Shown here piece after piece: positions 38,394-47,327 of a stretch of DNA of 64,000 bases. The stretch is taken from contig DAHWIF010000011.1 of assembly GCA_027345565.1 (NCBI GenBank), forward strand, positions 1-64,000. The letters run 5' to 3'. The DNA comes from Candidatus Micrarchaeota archaeon (GTDB lineage: Archaea; Micrarchaeota; Micrarchaeia; Micrarchaeales; Micrarchaeaceae). A program made the translations under genes and the position numbers. The stretch's first letter is position 1. Each line of letters starts with the position of its first letter. Below the pieces are notes generated by a model that had not been told where the DNA came from, made no database searches, and saw only the letters and a program-made list of their open reading frames with translations.

Positions 38394-39326
38394 TCAGAGC
38401 ATCGAGTCCACTTGCTTTGTAAGCGCTTTAACCTTCTCTGCGGACACTTTCAGCGCCGTGTTCTCCTCCTCGGAGAGCTTTAACTGTATTATGCGCTCCA
38501 TCCCATTGCTGCCGAGTACAACCGGCACACCCATAAATATGCCGCTCATGCCGTATTCGCCGTCTAGGAACGCCGCGCATGGCAGCACCTCCTTCTTGTC
38601 CTCCAGCATCGATGTTATCATCTGGAGTAACGAGGATGCCGGGGCGTAGAATGCGCTTGATTCCTTCTCTAGCCTTATTATCTCGGCTCCGCCGTCCCGA
38701 GTTCTCTGTATGAGCTGGTCTATCTTCTCCTTCGGCATAAGCTCCGTGATCGGGGTGCCGTTTACCGTTGAATTGGCCGGCAGCGGCACCATGAAGTCGC
38801 CGTGTCCGCCCAACACCGCTGCGGACACGCTTTCCACGCTAACCCCCAGCTCCTGCGCTATGAAGGTGCGGAACCTTGCAGAGTCCAGTATGCCTGCCAT
38901 GCCGACAACGCGCTCCCTTGGGAACCCTGTCACCTTCTTCGCCAGGTAGACCATCTCATCGAGCGGATTGGTAAGCACTATGAGCTTGCTCTCAGGCGCG
39001 TTGGCCTTAACCTGACCGCATATCCCGCCAACTATCTGGGCGTTTGTCTTGAGCAGATCGTCCCTGGACATCCCTTCTTTCCTGGGCATCCCTGCCGTTA
39101 TGACCACTATCTCGCTGCCCTTTATGTCGGCATAATCCGATGTTCCTCTCACTTTTGTGTCGAATCCATCGATAGGGCCGCTCTCCATTATGTCTAGGGC
39201 TATGCCCTTCGCTGTGCCCTCGGTCCTGTTCCAAATCACTATGTCGCAGATGTCCTTCCTCGCTAGAAGCTCCGCTGTAGTTGAGCCTACCCTGCCCGCG
39301 CCTATGATAGTCACCTTCTTCCTCAA
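38394..39326 (-). CDS. mdh: Malate dehydrogenase (LDH-like)
   Basis: GAGRVG, AGMPRKEGMSRDDL, LDSARF, GGHG. Confidence 0.95.
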   Translation of the reverse strand: MRKKVTIIGAGRVGSTTAELLARKDICDIVIWNRTEGTAKGIALDIMESGPIDGFDTKVRGTSDYADIKGSEIVVITAGMPRKEGMSRDDLLKTNAQIVGGICGQVKANAPESKLIVLTNPLDEMVYLAKKVTGFPRERVVGMAGILDSARFRTFIAQELGVSVESVSAAVLGGHGDFMVPLPANSTVNGTPITELMPKEKIDQLIQRTRDGGAEIIRLEKESSAFYAPASSLLQMITSMLEDKKEVLPCAAFLDGEYGMSGIFMGVPVVLGSNGMERIIQLKLSEEENTALKVSAEKVKALTKQVDSML

Positions 39327-39330
39327 TCGC

Positions 39331-40482
39331 TCATCTCTGGTCTATTGGCACGTATTTCAGGCCTGTCTGGCCGGTGTACTGCTCAAGAGGCCTTATCAGC
39401 TTGTTCTCCTCCCAATACTCCAGCATGTGGGCGCACCACCCCGATATCCTGCTTGCGGCGAAAAGCGGCGTGAAAAGCTCCACCTTTATGCCGGCGCTCA
39501 CATAGACGGGCCCTGCGAAGAAATCCACGTTCGGCCAGATTCCGTGGCTCTGGCCGAGTTTCTCTATCATGAGCCTCTCGCCTCTCAGCGCTATCTCCGT
39601 TAGCCTGCGCACCTCCTCCGACGAGCTGTTCTGCAGCGATAGCAGATAGCTCTTTATCACCCTTGCTCTTGGGTCGTACGCCTTGTAGACCCTGTGCCCG
39701 AATCCCATTATCCTCTTCTTGCCTGCGAGCGCATCGTTTATGTACTGCTCAGTGTTGCCCGGGTCGCCTATCGCATACATCATCCTCAACGCCTCCTCGT
39801 CAGCCCCTCCATGTAGCGGCCCTTTGAGCGTCCCTATTCCTGAAGTGACAGAGGAATACAGGTCAGAAAGAGTAGACCCGGTTACAAGCGTGGAGAATGT
39901 CGAGGCGTTGGAGCTGTGCTCCGCCTGCAGGATGAACATCATCTCGACAGGCTTGTGTTGCTCTGGTGTAGGTTTCGTCCCGTTAAGCATGTATAGGAAG
40001 TTCTCCGAAAGAGAGAGGCTGGCGTCAGGGCTGACGTAGCTCCCTCCATTCCTGTAGCGGCCTATCGTAGCCACGATGCTCGACAGTTTTGATATGAGCC
40101 TTGCCGTTTTCCTGAGATTGGCTTCCTTTGATGAATCGGACGCCTCGTTGTCATAGAGCGATAGCGATGAAACTGCGGTCCTTAGGACATCCATGGGGTC
40201 CGCTTTCGCAGCGTTGCTTGCGATCATCTCCACGATGCCTTTCGGCAGGTCCCTCTCTGCCTTGAGTTGTGCGGCGAAACTGTCGAGCTCTGCCCTTTTC
40301 GGCAGCTTCCCATATATCAAGAGGTATGCGACCTCCTCGTAGCTCGAGCTGCCTGCGAGCTCCTCTATAGGATAGCCACGGTAATAGAGTTTCCCAGCTA
40401 CGCCGTCGACTTTGCATATGCTGCTCTCGGCGACGTATACGCCGTCCAGTCCCTTGTGCACTATCGGTGCCTCGTCGGCCAT
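39331..40482 (-). CDS. gltA: Citrate synthase
   Basis: EHSSNAST, KGPLHGGA, MGFGHRVYKAYDPR, PNVDF. Confidence 0.95.
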   Translation of the reverse strand: MADEAPIVHKGLDGVYVAESSICKVDGVAGKLYYRGYPIEELAGSSSYEEVAYLLIYGKLPKRAELDSFAAQLKAERDLPKGIVEMIASNAAKADPMDVLRTAVSSLSLYDNEASDSSKEANLRKTARLISKLSSIVATIGRYRNGGSYVSPDASLSLSENFLYMLNGTKPTPEQHKPVEMMFILQAEHSSNASTFSTLVTGSTLSDLYSSVTSGIGTLKGPLHGGADEEALRMMYAIGDPGNTEQYINDALAGKKRIMGFGHRVYKAYDPRARVIKSYLLSLQNSSSEEVRRLTEIALRGERLMIEKLGQSHGIWPNVDFFAGPVYVSAGIKVELFTPLFAASRISGWCAHMLEYWEENKLIRPLEQYTGQTGLKYVPIDQR

Positions 40483-40594
40483 CCCTCCACAACATTATAT
40501 GGCACTAAACGCATTTATTCTTTGGTGTTATTATACCGAAATATTTAAATATTTACTTGTGTATAATATATTTATTTAAGTATAAGGTGCTGGG

Positions 40595-40954
40595 TTGGGT
40601 TTGATTAAGGTAGCTAAGTGCGTGCTTGTGCCGATGACTGTGGCGCTGATCCTGCTTGGGACGGCTCACGGCGCATCACCACAAATGACACTGCAGATCG
40701 TTACAGAGCTTGGGAATGTGAAGAGCATACTGGGGCAGGTTGGTCCGGTACTCAGCGCCGTGCTTTTCATAATAGCCGGCGTGTTCTATGCCATTGGACA
40801 GGTGATGCCGCCGGACAAGAGGGCCAACTTCCACAGCACCGCCATAAACATAATTATAGGGGCGATTGTGGTCGGGGTCCTGAGCGTGGCTTCTACCTCT
40901 CTTGCGACAGCCTCATCGCACCTGCTCAGCAACATGACCTCGAACTCGCTTTAG
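40595..40954 (+). CDS. VirB2/TrbC/CedA1-like pilin
   Basis: Signal peptide (...AHG-A), then two hydrophobic helices separated by a short basic loop (MPPDKRAN). Confidence 0.6.
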   Translation: MGLIKVAKCVLVPMTVALILLGTAHGASPQMTLQIVTELGNVKSILGQVGPVLSAVLFIIAGVFYAIGQVMPPDKRANFHSTAINIIIGAIVVGVLSVASTSLATASSHLLSNMTSNSL

Positions 40955-40961
40955 TGGTGGA

Positions 40962-41987
40962 TTGTTAGGGTATGACATAGCCGTCAGCGTGATAGCCATA
41001 ATGATAAGCATAGGCGGAATAATCCTGGGCCTCGGCTATGCGATGGACAACAGCAGGCTCAAAAACTTTGGGAGGGACGAGCTTATCCAGTCCTTCATCA
41101 ACGGTGCGATGGTTGGTGCGCTCTTCCTCTTCTTTAGCCCGGCTGGGCTCGGCACCGGCATCATAAACGGGATTATTTCCGGCGCGCATGCCAACGCGTC
41201 GTGCAGCAGCTATATGAGCACTAACTATGCAATATGCTTCGCATACAACTATCTGGTCGGAATAAAGCCTGTCACTATAAACAACGCCAGCTATCCCTCC
41301 CTGCTCGACTCGTCCCTGGAGCTGCTGCTGCCTGCATCCGGGATATATGTCACGCTGGGCCTCATATCCTCTGTGCAGCTTGGATTCGGCGTTGCATCGA
41401 TATCTTTTGCCAACATACTTACACCCGTGTTGTCGCAAGAAGACTTCATAATAACCGGGCTCACGTTTGCGATAATAGGCATATATGCGCAGTCTGTGCT
41501 GCTGGGCGTAATCGCCGTAGTGGCGGTGCCGTTGCTCCTGCCTGTAGGCCTGGTGCTTAGGACCTTCTATCCTACAAGGAGGCTTGGCGGCACGGCCATC
41601 GCGATAGCCATAGGCCTCTTCGCCATTTTCCCTTTGACCTACCTGCTTGATGCGCAGATAACGGCCAACTATTCCGGTGCGATAAACCAGGCGGCGCTGA
41701 GCGCATTCTCGGTGCAGGCGAACAGTTTGGAAGGCGGCGTGTTCTCGCTAGGTGCGCTATCAGCAAACGCGCTATCCGGGCCGCTTCAGGGGCTTGCATC
41801 TGGGATATCGGGGCTGGTAAGCTCCTTCTCGGGCTTGATAAAGGAGCTGCTGAGCTGGCTTGCCCTCCTTATAGTGCAGGTTTTCTTCTTCCCTGTGCTC
41901 AGCGTCGTCCTGACAATAACGGCGATACGCGAGCTCGCCAAGATATTGGGCTCAGAGGTATCCTTTGGCAGATTTGATGTGTTCTAG
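40962..41987 (+). CDS. Polytopic membrane protein, CedA/VirB6-like
   Basis: About 6-7 TMs; LPVGLVLRTFYPTRRLGGTAIAIAIGLFAIFP segment; extracellular Cys pair. Confidence 0.55.
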   Translation: MLGYDIAVSVIAIMISIGGIILGLGYAMDNSRLKNFGRDELIQSFINGAMVGALFLFFSPAGLGTGIINGIISGAHANASCSSYMSTNYAICFAYNYLVGIKPVTINNASYPSLLDSSLELLLPASGIYVTLGLISSVQLGFGVASISFANILTPVLSQEDFIITGLTFAIIGIYAQSVLLGVIAVVAVPLLLPVGLVLRTFYPTRRLGGTAIAIAIGLFAIFPLTYLLDAQITANYSGAINQAALSAFSVQANSLEGGVFSLGALSANALSGPLQGLASGISGLVSSFSGLIKELLSWLALLIVQVFFFPVLSVVLTITAIRELAKILGSEVSFGRFDVF

Positions 41988-41993
41988 TGAGCA

Positions 41994-42738
41994 GATGAGA
42001 TTAGATATAGACAGGTACATGCCGCATGCCCTCGTAGTGGCGTGCTTTGTCGCGATGGCCTTGGGTGCCGCAACGCTAAACCCATACGTGGTATCATTTG
42101 CAGCTGCAGTGTCACTGTCAGCGCTCATTGTTCATAAGATGTGGGGGATAATAGAGGCGAGGATCTTTGAGGGCACAAACCTTGTGCAGGTTTTCGGCGG
42201 TTTTGAGATCAGCGGCAACAGGTCGGCTATAATCTCGAGGGCGGCGAACCGCTACACAGCCACGTCGGCAGCCAGAGTGGTGTCGCTGGGTTCAACAACA
42301 ATAGACAGGGACAAAATAGAGAACATGATAGCGCACACGAACTTCCCGTTCAAGCTCGTCATGCACGTAGAGAGGGTAGGCGTGGCAAGGCTGCTCGAGC
42401 GCCTCCAGACAAAAAAGGGCATGAGGGAGATAGAGCTGTCGCGGATAGAGAGGCCGGGATCTGGGAGGGGGCTCGTAGCTGCTAACAGGCTGAAGAATGA
42501 GATATCGCTTCTGGAGCATGAGATAGAGGGGATAAAGAGCGGTGGCATGCCGCTGCGGCTCGCTTACTACATAATGACCAGCGCTGTTTCCGAAAGCAGG
42601 CATAGGGCAGAGGAGGAGGCGCTAATGCAGATAAGGGGCCTCTCGTCAGAATTCGATGCTGCGTTCGGGGCGAAGTCGTCTTTGCTATCTGGGGAGGAAA
42701 TGGTAAAGATGATGAGATTTGACTCGGCGGTGTCATGA
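41994..42738 (+). CDS. Membrane-anchored protein, possibly the N-terminal half of a VirB4-like ATPase
   Basis: Two N-terminal TMs, coiled coil and alpha/beta domain; ATGA overlap with the ATPase gene. Confidence 0.5.
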
Positions 42739-43847
42739 TTATCAAAACAGACTCGAAGGCGGTTGCGCTGCAGTGCACGGTGATCAGCCAGTCGGAGCCT
42801 GAAGCCGACATGCAGTGCGATGGAGTGTACTTAGGAAAGACGCTGAAGTACAGGTTGCCCTTTTTCCTTGACAACACAAAGCTGGTAAACCCGCATGTAT
42901 CTGTAATCGGAATGACAGGGTCTGGGAAGACCTACCTGGTGAAGAGCCTGCTCGCAGGGCTTAACATATGGCGTGATTACAGCGTACTTATCATCGATTG
43001 GAATTCTGAATATACGGATGTGGTGGAGTTCCTAGGCGGGAGGGTATGGAAGGTTGCGTGCGTTGCGGACCTGCCGGCGATAGAACATTTGGTAGAAGGA
43101 GTGGAAAGCGTCGACCTCTCGGCCGCGCGCGGGGACACAGAGAAGGTGGAGATTGCCAAGAGCGTACTGTCCGCGGTGAGGAGGTTCGTTCTTTCCCTGA
43201 AGCCGGGCTATGATACGAAAAGGGTGCTTGTGGTTGACGAGGCCTGGAAGCTTGCTAACCTGGCGCAGGACCTTGGGAAGCTCTTCAGGGAGGGCAGGAA
43301 GTTCGGCCTTATGGTCGTAGCCGCGACGCAGCTTGTCGGTGACGTGAACAATGAGGTGCTGTCCAATGCTGCGTGCAGCTTCGTGTTCAGGTTGCAGGGA
43401 TCAGATAACTTGAACGGATTGGTGTCGTCTGGACTTTTGGGGCAGGACTACACATTAGCGGCGCAAACGCTCGACAGGGGCAGCTGCATCGTCTCTTTGA
43501 TATACAATAAGGGAAGCTCCCCGAAAAGGTTCATGATTGGGAGAGTGCACGGATTTGATTTCAGGACTTATGCTATATGTGGTGGTTCAATGACTGTGAA
43601 AGTAAGCGTGAGGAAGCTGAGTTCGGTTCTGGAGAGCATGGGATTTGGGAGTGACACCGCGATGCGCATAGAGAAATTCTTCGCAGAGAACTCCGGCGGA
43701 GTCGATATCGCGCAGCTCGTTGGCTTCCTGTTCGGCGCAGGGTTGGCGCGTGCGGATGTGTTTGCTTTCTTAAGGTCCTTAGGAGTGAGGGATCGCTCCA
43801 TAGCGATTGCCATAGAGTCTCTCAAGGGTGTTGCGCTTGAAAAGTGA
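42735..43847 (+). CDS. HerA/VirB4-family P-loop ATPase (DUF87-like)
   Basis: NPHVSVIGMTGSGKT, IIDWNSEY, VVDEAW, REGRKFG, AATQ. Confidence 0.9.
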   Translation: MIIKTDSKAVALQCTVISQSEPEADMQCDGVYLGKTLKYRLPFFLDNTKLVNPHVSVIGMTGSGKTYLVKSLLAGLNIWRDYSVLIIDWNSEYTDVVEFLGGRVWKVACVADLPAIEHLVEGVESVDLSAARGDTEKVEIAKSVLSAVRRFVLSLKPGYDTKRVLVVDEAWKLANLAQDLGKLFREGRKFGLMVVAATQLVGDVNNEVLSNAACSFVFRLQGSDNLNGLVSSGLLGQDYTLAAQTLDRGSCIVSLIYNKGSSPKRFMIGRVHGFDFRTYAICGGSMTVKVSVRKLSSVLESMGFGSDTAMRIEKFFAENSGGVDIAQLVGFLFGAGLARADVFAFLRSLGVRDRSIAIAIESLKGVALEK

Positions 43848-44466
43848 TGGTCATTTCTGCTCTGCGTTCAACGTTGACGCCAGGCTAAAGTGCAGCATGC
43901 AGCAGCTCAGGGGCAGGATGGAGAACAATGCAGCGCTCAGGCTTCTGAGCCGCGGTACGCGCTTAAGGTACGAGGTTATCGGCGTACCAGAGAAACAGCT
44001 GCTGGAGCTGGGCCAAGACGGGATAAGGTTCATTTTTTACTTCTCGAAGCCCACCGATATGGTTTTCTCTGCGGGGCTTATGCGCCTGTTTGCCATCCTG
44101 GCCATGGTCGATGACCTTTACGATATAAGACTGGGCGCGGTGTACAGCTATGTTATAGATGCGCTTGCCAGGCATTATCCTGTATATGAATTGGACAGGA
44201 GGGATAGCGGAGATGTCAAACGCCTGTCAAAGGAGGTAGACGCGCTGACATTTGCGAATTCACGCCTATCACACGATATTTACAGCTTGGAAGAGGCGAA
44301 GAGGGAGCTCGCTGCGGAGCTGGGCGCTTGCAAGGAATTCTGCGCAAAGGTCATAGACACAATGTCGCGCAGGGACAAGGACGCACCGGACAGCATCGGC
44401 AGAGCGTTTGGGATAGGCACGGGGCTTGCAGAAAAGGTAAGTGCAATCGTTAGGGGTGGGAGATGA
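43828..44466 (+). CDS. Hypothetical protein with coiled coil
   Basis: Overlaps the 3' end of the ATPase gene; heptad pattern near the C-terminus. Confidence 0.65.
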   Translation: MLRLKSDGHFCSAFNVDARLKCSMQQLRGRMENNAALRLLSRGTRLRYEVIGVPEKQLLELGQDGIRFIFYFSKPTDMVFSAGLMRLFAILAMVDDLYDIRLGAVYSYVIDALARHYPVYELDRRDSGDVKRLSKEVDALTFANSRLSHDIYSLEEAKRELAAELGACKEFCAKVIDTMSRRDKDAPDSIGRAFGIGTGLAEKVSAIVRGGR

Positions 44467-45107
44467 TGCAGTATGCGTTTGGCCTATTTTACACTCTGGC
44501 TGGAGCCATTGCATGCCTTGCTTTGGTAGCCGTTTCAGACTGGGGATATTCGCGTGCCTCCATCTTCATCTATGAGGACGCGGACGTGGTGAAATTAGAA
44601 AGGTTCTCTCTGCGCGACCTTATGGAATCAATAAGGTTTGCAAGCACATGTCTTGATGGCTGCTCGGTGGTGAAGCACATGGCAGTGACAGAGGACGATG
44701 TAGCGCGTTCGTTGCATAATCGCTTTGCTTTTGCTGCAGGAGCCAAAAATCTTTCCAGGGACGAAATCCGCTATGCATTGAGGGTCGCAGAGGGGCTTGG
44801 GCTGATAGGGCTTGATGGGCGCTACATAGAGTGCGATGGTTTCGGGAGGCATTCTTCTCTCGCGAGGCACATGTATGAAGAATGGGTGCGCTCTGGTAGC
44901 GGGATTCCACCAGGCACAGCCGGAAAGCTGCTCAAGGAGAATAGGGTATTGATGCCTAATGGCTGGCTTGGGCATGGAGCTGGCGTGATGGCACTGGTAG
45001 GCGATGCAGATGAGCGCTTGGATTCTTTGCTGCGCACATTTTCGAAGGACAGAGCTGCATTACTGCTTGACCTTATAAACTGCAACATAATGGTGATAGT
45101 GTGCTAG
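44463..45107 (+). CDS. Hypothetical protein with N-terminal TM
   Basis: ATGA overlap with the previous gene; N-terminal hydrophobic helix. Confidence 0.6.
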   Translation: MMQYAFGLFYTLAGAIACLALVAVSDWGYSRASIFIYEDADVVKLERFSLRDLMESIRFASTCLDGCSVVKHMAVTEDDVARSLHNRFAFAAGAKNLSRDEIRYALRVAEGLGLIGLDGRYIECDGFGRHSSLARHMYEEWVRSGSGIPPGTAGKLLKENRVLMPNGWLGHGAGVMALVGDADERLDSLLRTFSKDRAALLLDLINCNIMVIVC

Positions 45108-45289
45108 GCGTGCTATCGTTTGCTGTAAGGATCGGAATCCTATGCGGTGTGGTGCTGCTTAATGCGGCTTGTATATCATGCTTGGTGCCATTTTTTGTAG
45201 GCTCTGGTGCACATAGGAGATTCGGCATCGCAGGGGCATCGCTTTTGGTTTTTTCGTTGACCGTCGGCATGGCGTTTAAGGTCGTCTAG
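45101..45289 (+). CDS. Small 2-TM membrane protein
   Basis: 62 aa with two hydrophobic segments; overlaps the previous stop; GGTGA upstream. Confidence 0.5.
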   Translation: MLGVLSFAVRIGILCGVVLLNAACISCLVPFFVGSGAHRRFGIAGASLLVFSLTVGMAFKVV

Positions 45290-45600
45290 ACCTCAACCAT
45301 TACATCGTCGCCGTCTATTTTCGTCCTGTAGGTCTTCACTTTGAAGCTTTGGTCCCAGGCATCAGGAGCCGCTTTGCCGGTAGTTATGTCGTAGGTCATG
45401 CCATGCCACGGGCACATTATAACATTGCCATTGAGGTCGCCATCAGAAAGCGGCCCGCCTTGGTGTGGGCAGTGATCCTGTATTGCATAAACCTTTCCGT
45501 CTATCTTGAAAAGGGCTATTTCCTGGTCGTTTACAGATACCATTCTACCCTTTCCGTCCTCAAGCTCGCTCACCTTGGCTACATTCACGAATCCGGCCAT
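45286..45600 (-). CDS. Rieske [2Fe-2S] ferredoxin
   Basis: CPHQGG...CPWHG. Confidence 0.93.
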   Translation of the reverse strand: MAGFVNVAKVSELEDGKGRMVSVNDQEIALFKIDGKVYAIQDHCPHQGGPLSDGDLNGNVIMCPWHGMTYDITTGKAAPDAWDQSFKVKTYRTKIDGDDVMVEV

Positions 45601-45632
45601 TTATCCACAATGAGATATGCTAGAGGTGCTTC

Positions 45633-46379
45633 TTAAAGTTTTGTGCTTGCATCTGGTAAAGGCGTTCCCATATTTCTTTCTACGATCCCCCTGAAGAATA
45701 TCAACGGCCTGCGGTCCTGTTGCACCGATGCCCGTAGCTCGTCATCTGTTAGCCGTATAAGGTTCCTGATGCTTCCATCATTTGGTGCGAGCGTGCTCTC
45801 GCTGACCAGCCTATGCACATCCATATTCATGCACATTAGGGTTGCATGCCTATGTGCATCGCTAAGGTACCTTATCGCGGTGTTTCTGTCGACTCTCTCT
45901 TCTGACAGCTCCATCTCTATAAGATGGCTGGCGGCTATTGCTGAGCCCCATCTTGGGTCTATTTTAGTCACCCCGTAATGGAGCATTAGGAATGCCGTAC
46001 TTAACGGGGCGAGCAGCACCTCGGTTATCCTCTGTGTTCCCCTTCCGCGGTTCGGGTATGACAGTTCAGTGAAGTGATTTACGTATGCAAATGCGTATGC
46101 GGCCAGCGCATACATGACAGCTGTTTGGGGCAGTGCCTCGATGGTCGACTGCAAACCTGCAGGCTCTGCAGAGCTGTTCATGTCCCGTATGCTAGATACG
46201 CTCTGCTCAACCCTCCTGTATATATGATGCATCTTTTTAGGGTGCTCGCGCAGCATTCCTGCAATGCTTGATGCGACGTTTTCCTGATTGGCTATCCTAT
46301 GATATGGAGCGCGTGGGGTGGTTGGCTCTAACACGATGTTATTATAGAGGTCTGTGAGATAAGCGCTTGCTGCAGCCAT
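45633..46379 (-). CDS. Hypothetical protein (orphan)
   Basis: 248-aa ORF, no recognisable motif. Confidence 0.55.
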   Translation of the reverse strand: MAAASAYLTDLYNNIVLEPTTPRAPYHRIANQENVASSIAGMLREHPKKMHHIYRRVEQSVSSIRDMNSSAEPAGLQSTIEALPQTAVMYALAAYAFAYVNHFTELSYPNRGRGTQRITEVLLAPLSTAFLMLHYGVTKIDPRWGSAIAASHLIEMELSEERVDRNTAIRYLSDAHRHATLMCMNMDVHRLVSESTLAPNDGSIRNLIRLTDDELRASVQQDRRPLIFFRGIVERNMGTPLPDASTKL

Positions 46380-46410
46380 CTACCCGGATTTTGATAAATA
46401 ACGCAAGTAT

Positions 46411-47310
46411 TTAAGCCTTGTCCCGTTTACGGTTTTGCATGTGCCGTGACCAGAATCCGCTGTGCTTTATTATCGGCGTAAATACGGAGGTTATCGGCCT
46501 TTTGCGCACATTAAACAAAAAATTGTTTATCTCCGATATCTCTTCTTCGGTGAACCGCCACCCAGATGCCTCTGCATTCTCTATCGCGTGGTGGCGATCG
46601 CTAGCCTTGGGTATCGCAACAACCTGCTTTTTTGAAACCAGCCAGTTAAGAGCGACCTGAGCCGCGCTCTTGCCGTGATCCTCGCCTATCGATTCCAGCT
46701 TCGCCTTTAGCTGCTCATACTTCTTGCTGAAAATGGCGCCCCTCGCAAGCGGGCTATACGCCATGATGGTTATTTTTTCCCTTGTACAGAAGTCCATCAG
46801 CTCCTCCTCTATATCTCTGACCAGTATACTGTACTCGACCTGGTTGCACACTATCTCGCCGCTCTTCAGGGCGCCCTGTGCCTCCTTTAGCTCCTTGACA
46901 TCGAAGTTACTAACACCGATGTGGCGTATCTTTCCGTCTTTCTTGAGCTGCTCCATCGCACGCATCGTCTCGGCTATCGGGATGCTGTGGTTCGGCCAGT
47001 GCAGCTGGTACATATCTATTTGCTTTACGCCTAGCTTCCTGATGCTCGCGTTGCATGAGCGTATGACATCGTCATACCTGAAGTTATGTGGTGACACCTT
47101 TGTGGCGATGAATACGTTTTCCTGTCCTTTTATCGCCTCCCCCACCATTTCTTCGTTGCCGTACATCTCTGCGGTGTCGACGAGGCTGCTCCCGTGCTCT
47201 ATCGCTGCCCTTATGGCTTCGATGTCTGAAGCTCCGTTAAGCATCTTCCACGTTCCGATGCCTATTTCAGGTACCTTCTCATCGGTGGTGCCGAGTTGCT
47301 TGTACTCCAT
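46411..47310 (-). CDS. Aldo/keto reductase
   Basis: GIGTW, DTAEMYG, ATKV, YQLHWP, IGVSNF, AYSPL, AIPKA. Confidence 0.95.
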   Translation of the reverse strand: MEYKQLGTTDEKVPEIGIGTWKMLNGASDIEAIRAAIEHGSSLVDTAEMYGNEEMVGEAIKGQENVFIATKVSPHNFRYDDVIRSCNASIRKLGVKQIDMYQLHWPNHSIPIAETMRAMEQLKKDGKIRHIGVSNFDVKELKEAQGALKSGEIVCNQVEYSILVRDIEEELMDFCTREKITIMAYSPLARGAIFSKKYEQLKAKLESIGEDHGKSAAQVALNWLVSKKQVVAIPKASDRHHAIENAEASGWRFTEEEISEINNFLFNVRKRPITSVFTPIIKHSGFWSRHMQNRKRDKA

Positions 47311-47327
47311 ATCATGCCTCTATCGAC

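Noticed and set aside
40595-45289. Integrated conjugative element or provirus interpretation
   Set aside because: No integrase, relaxase, att repeats, adjacent tRNA or capsid genes seen; codon style resembles the chromosome
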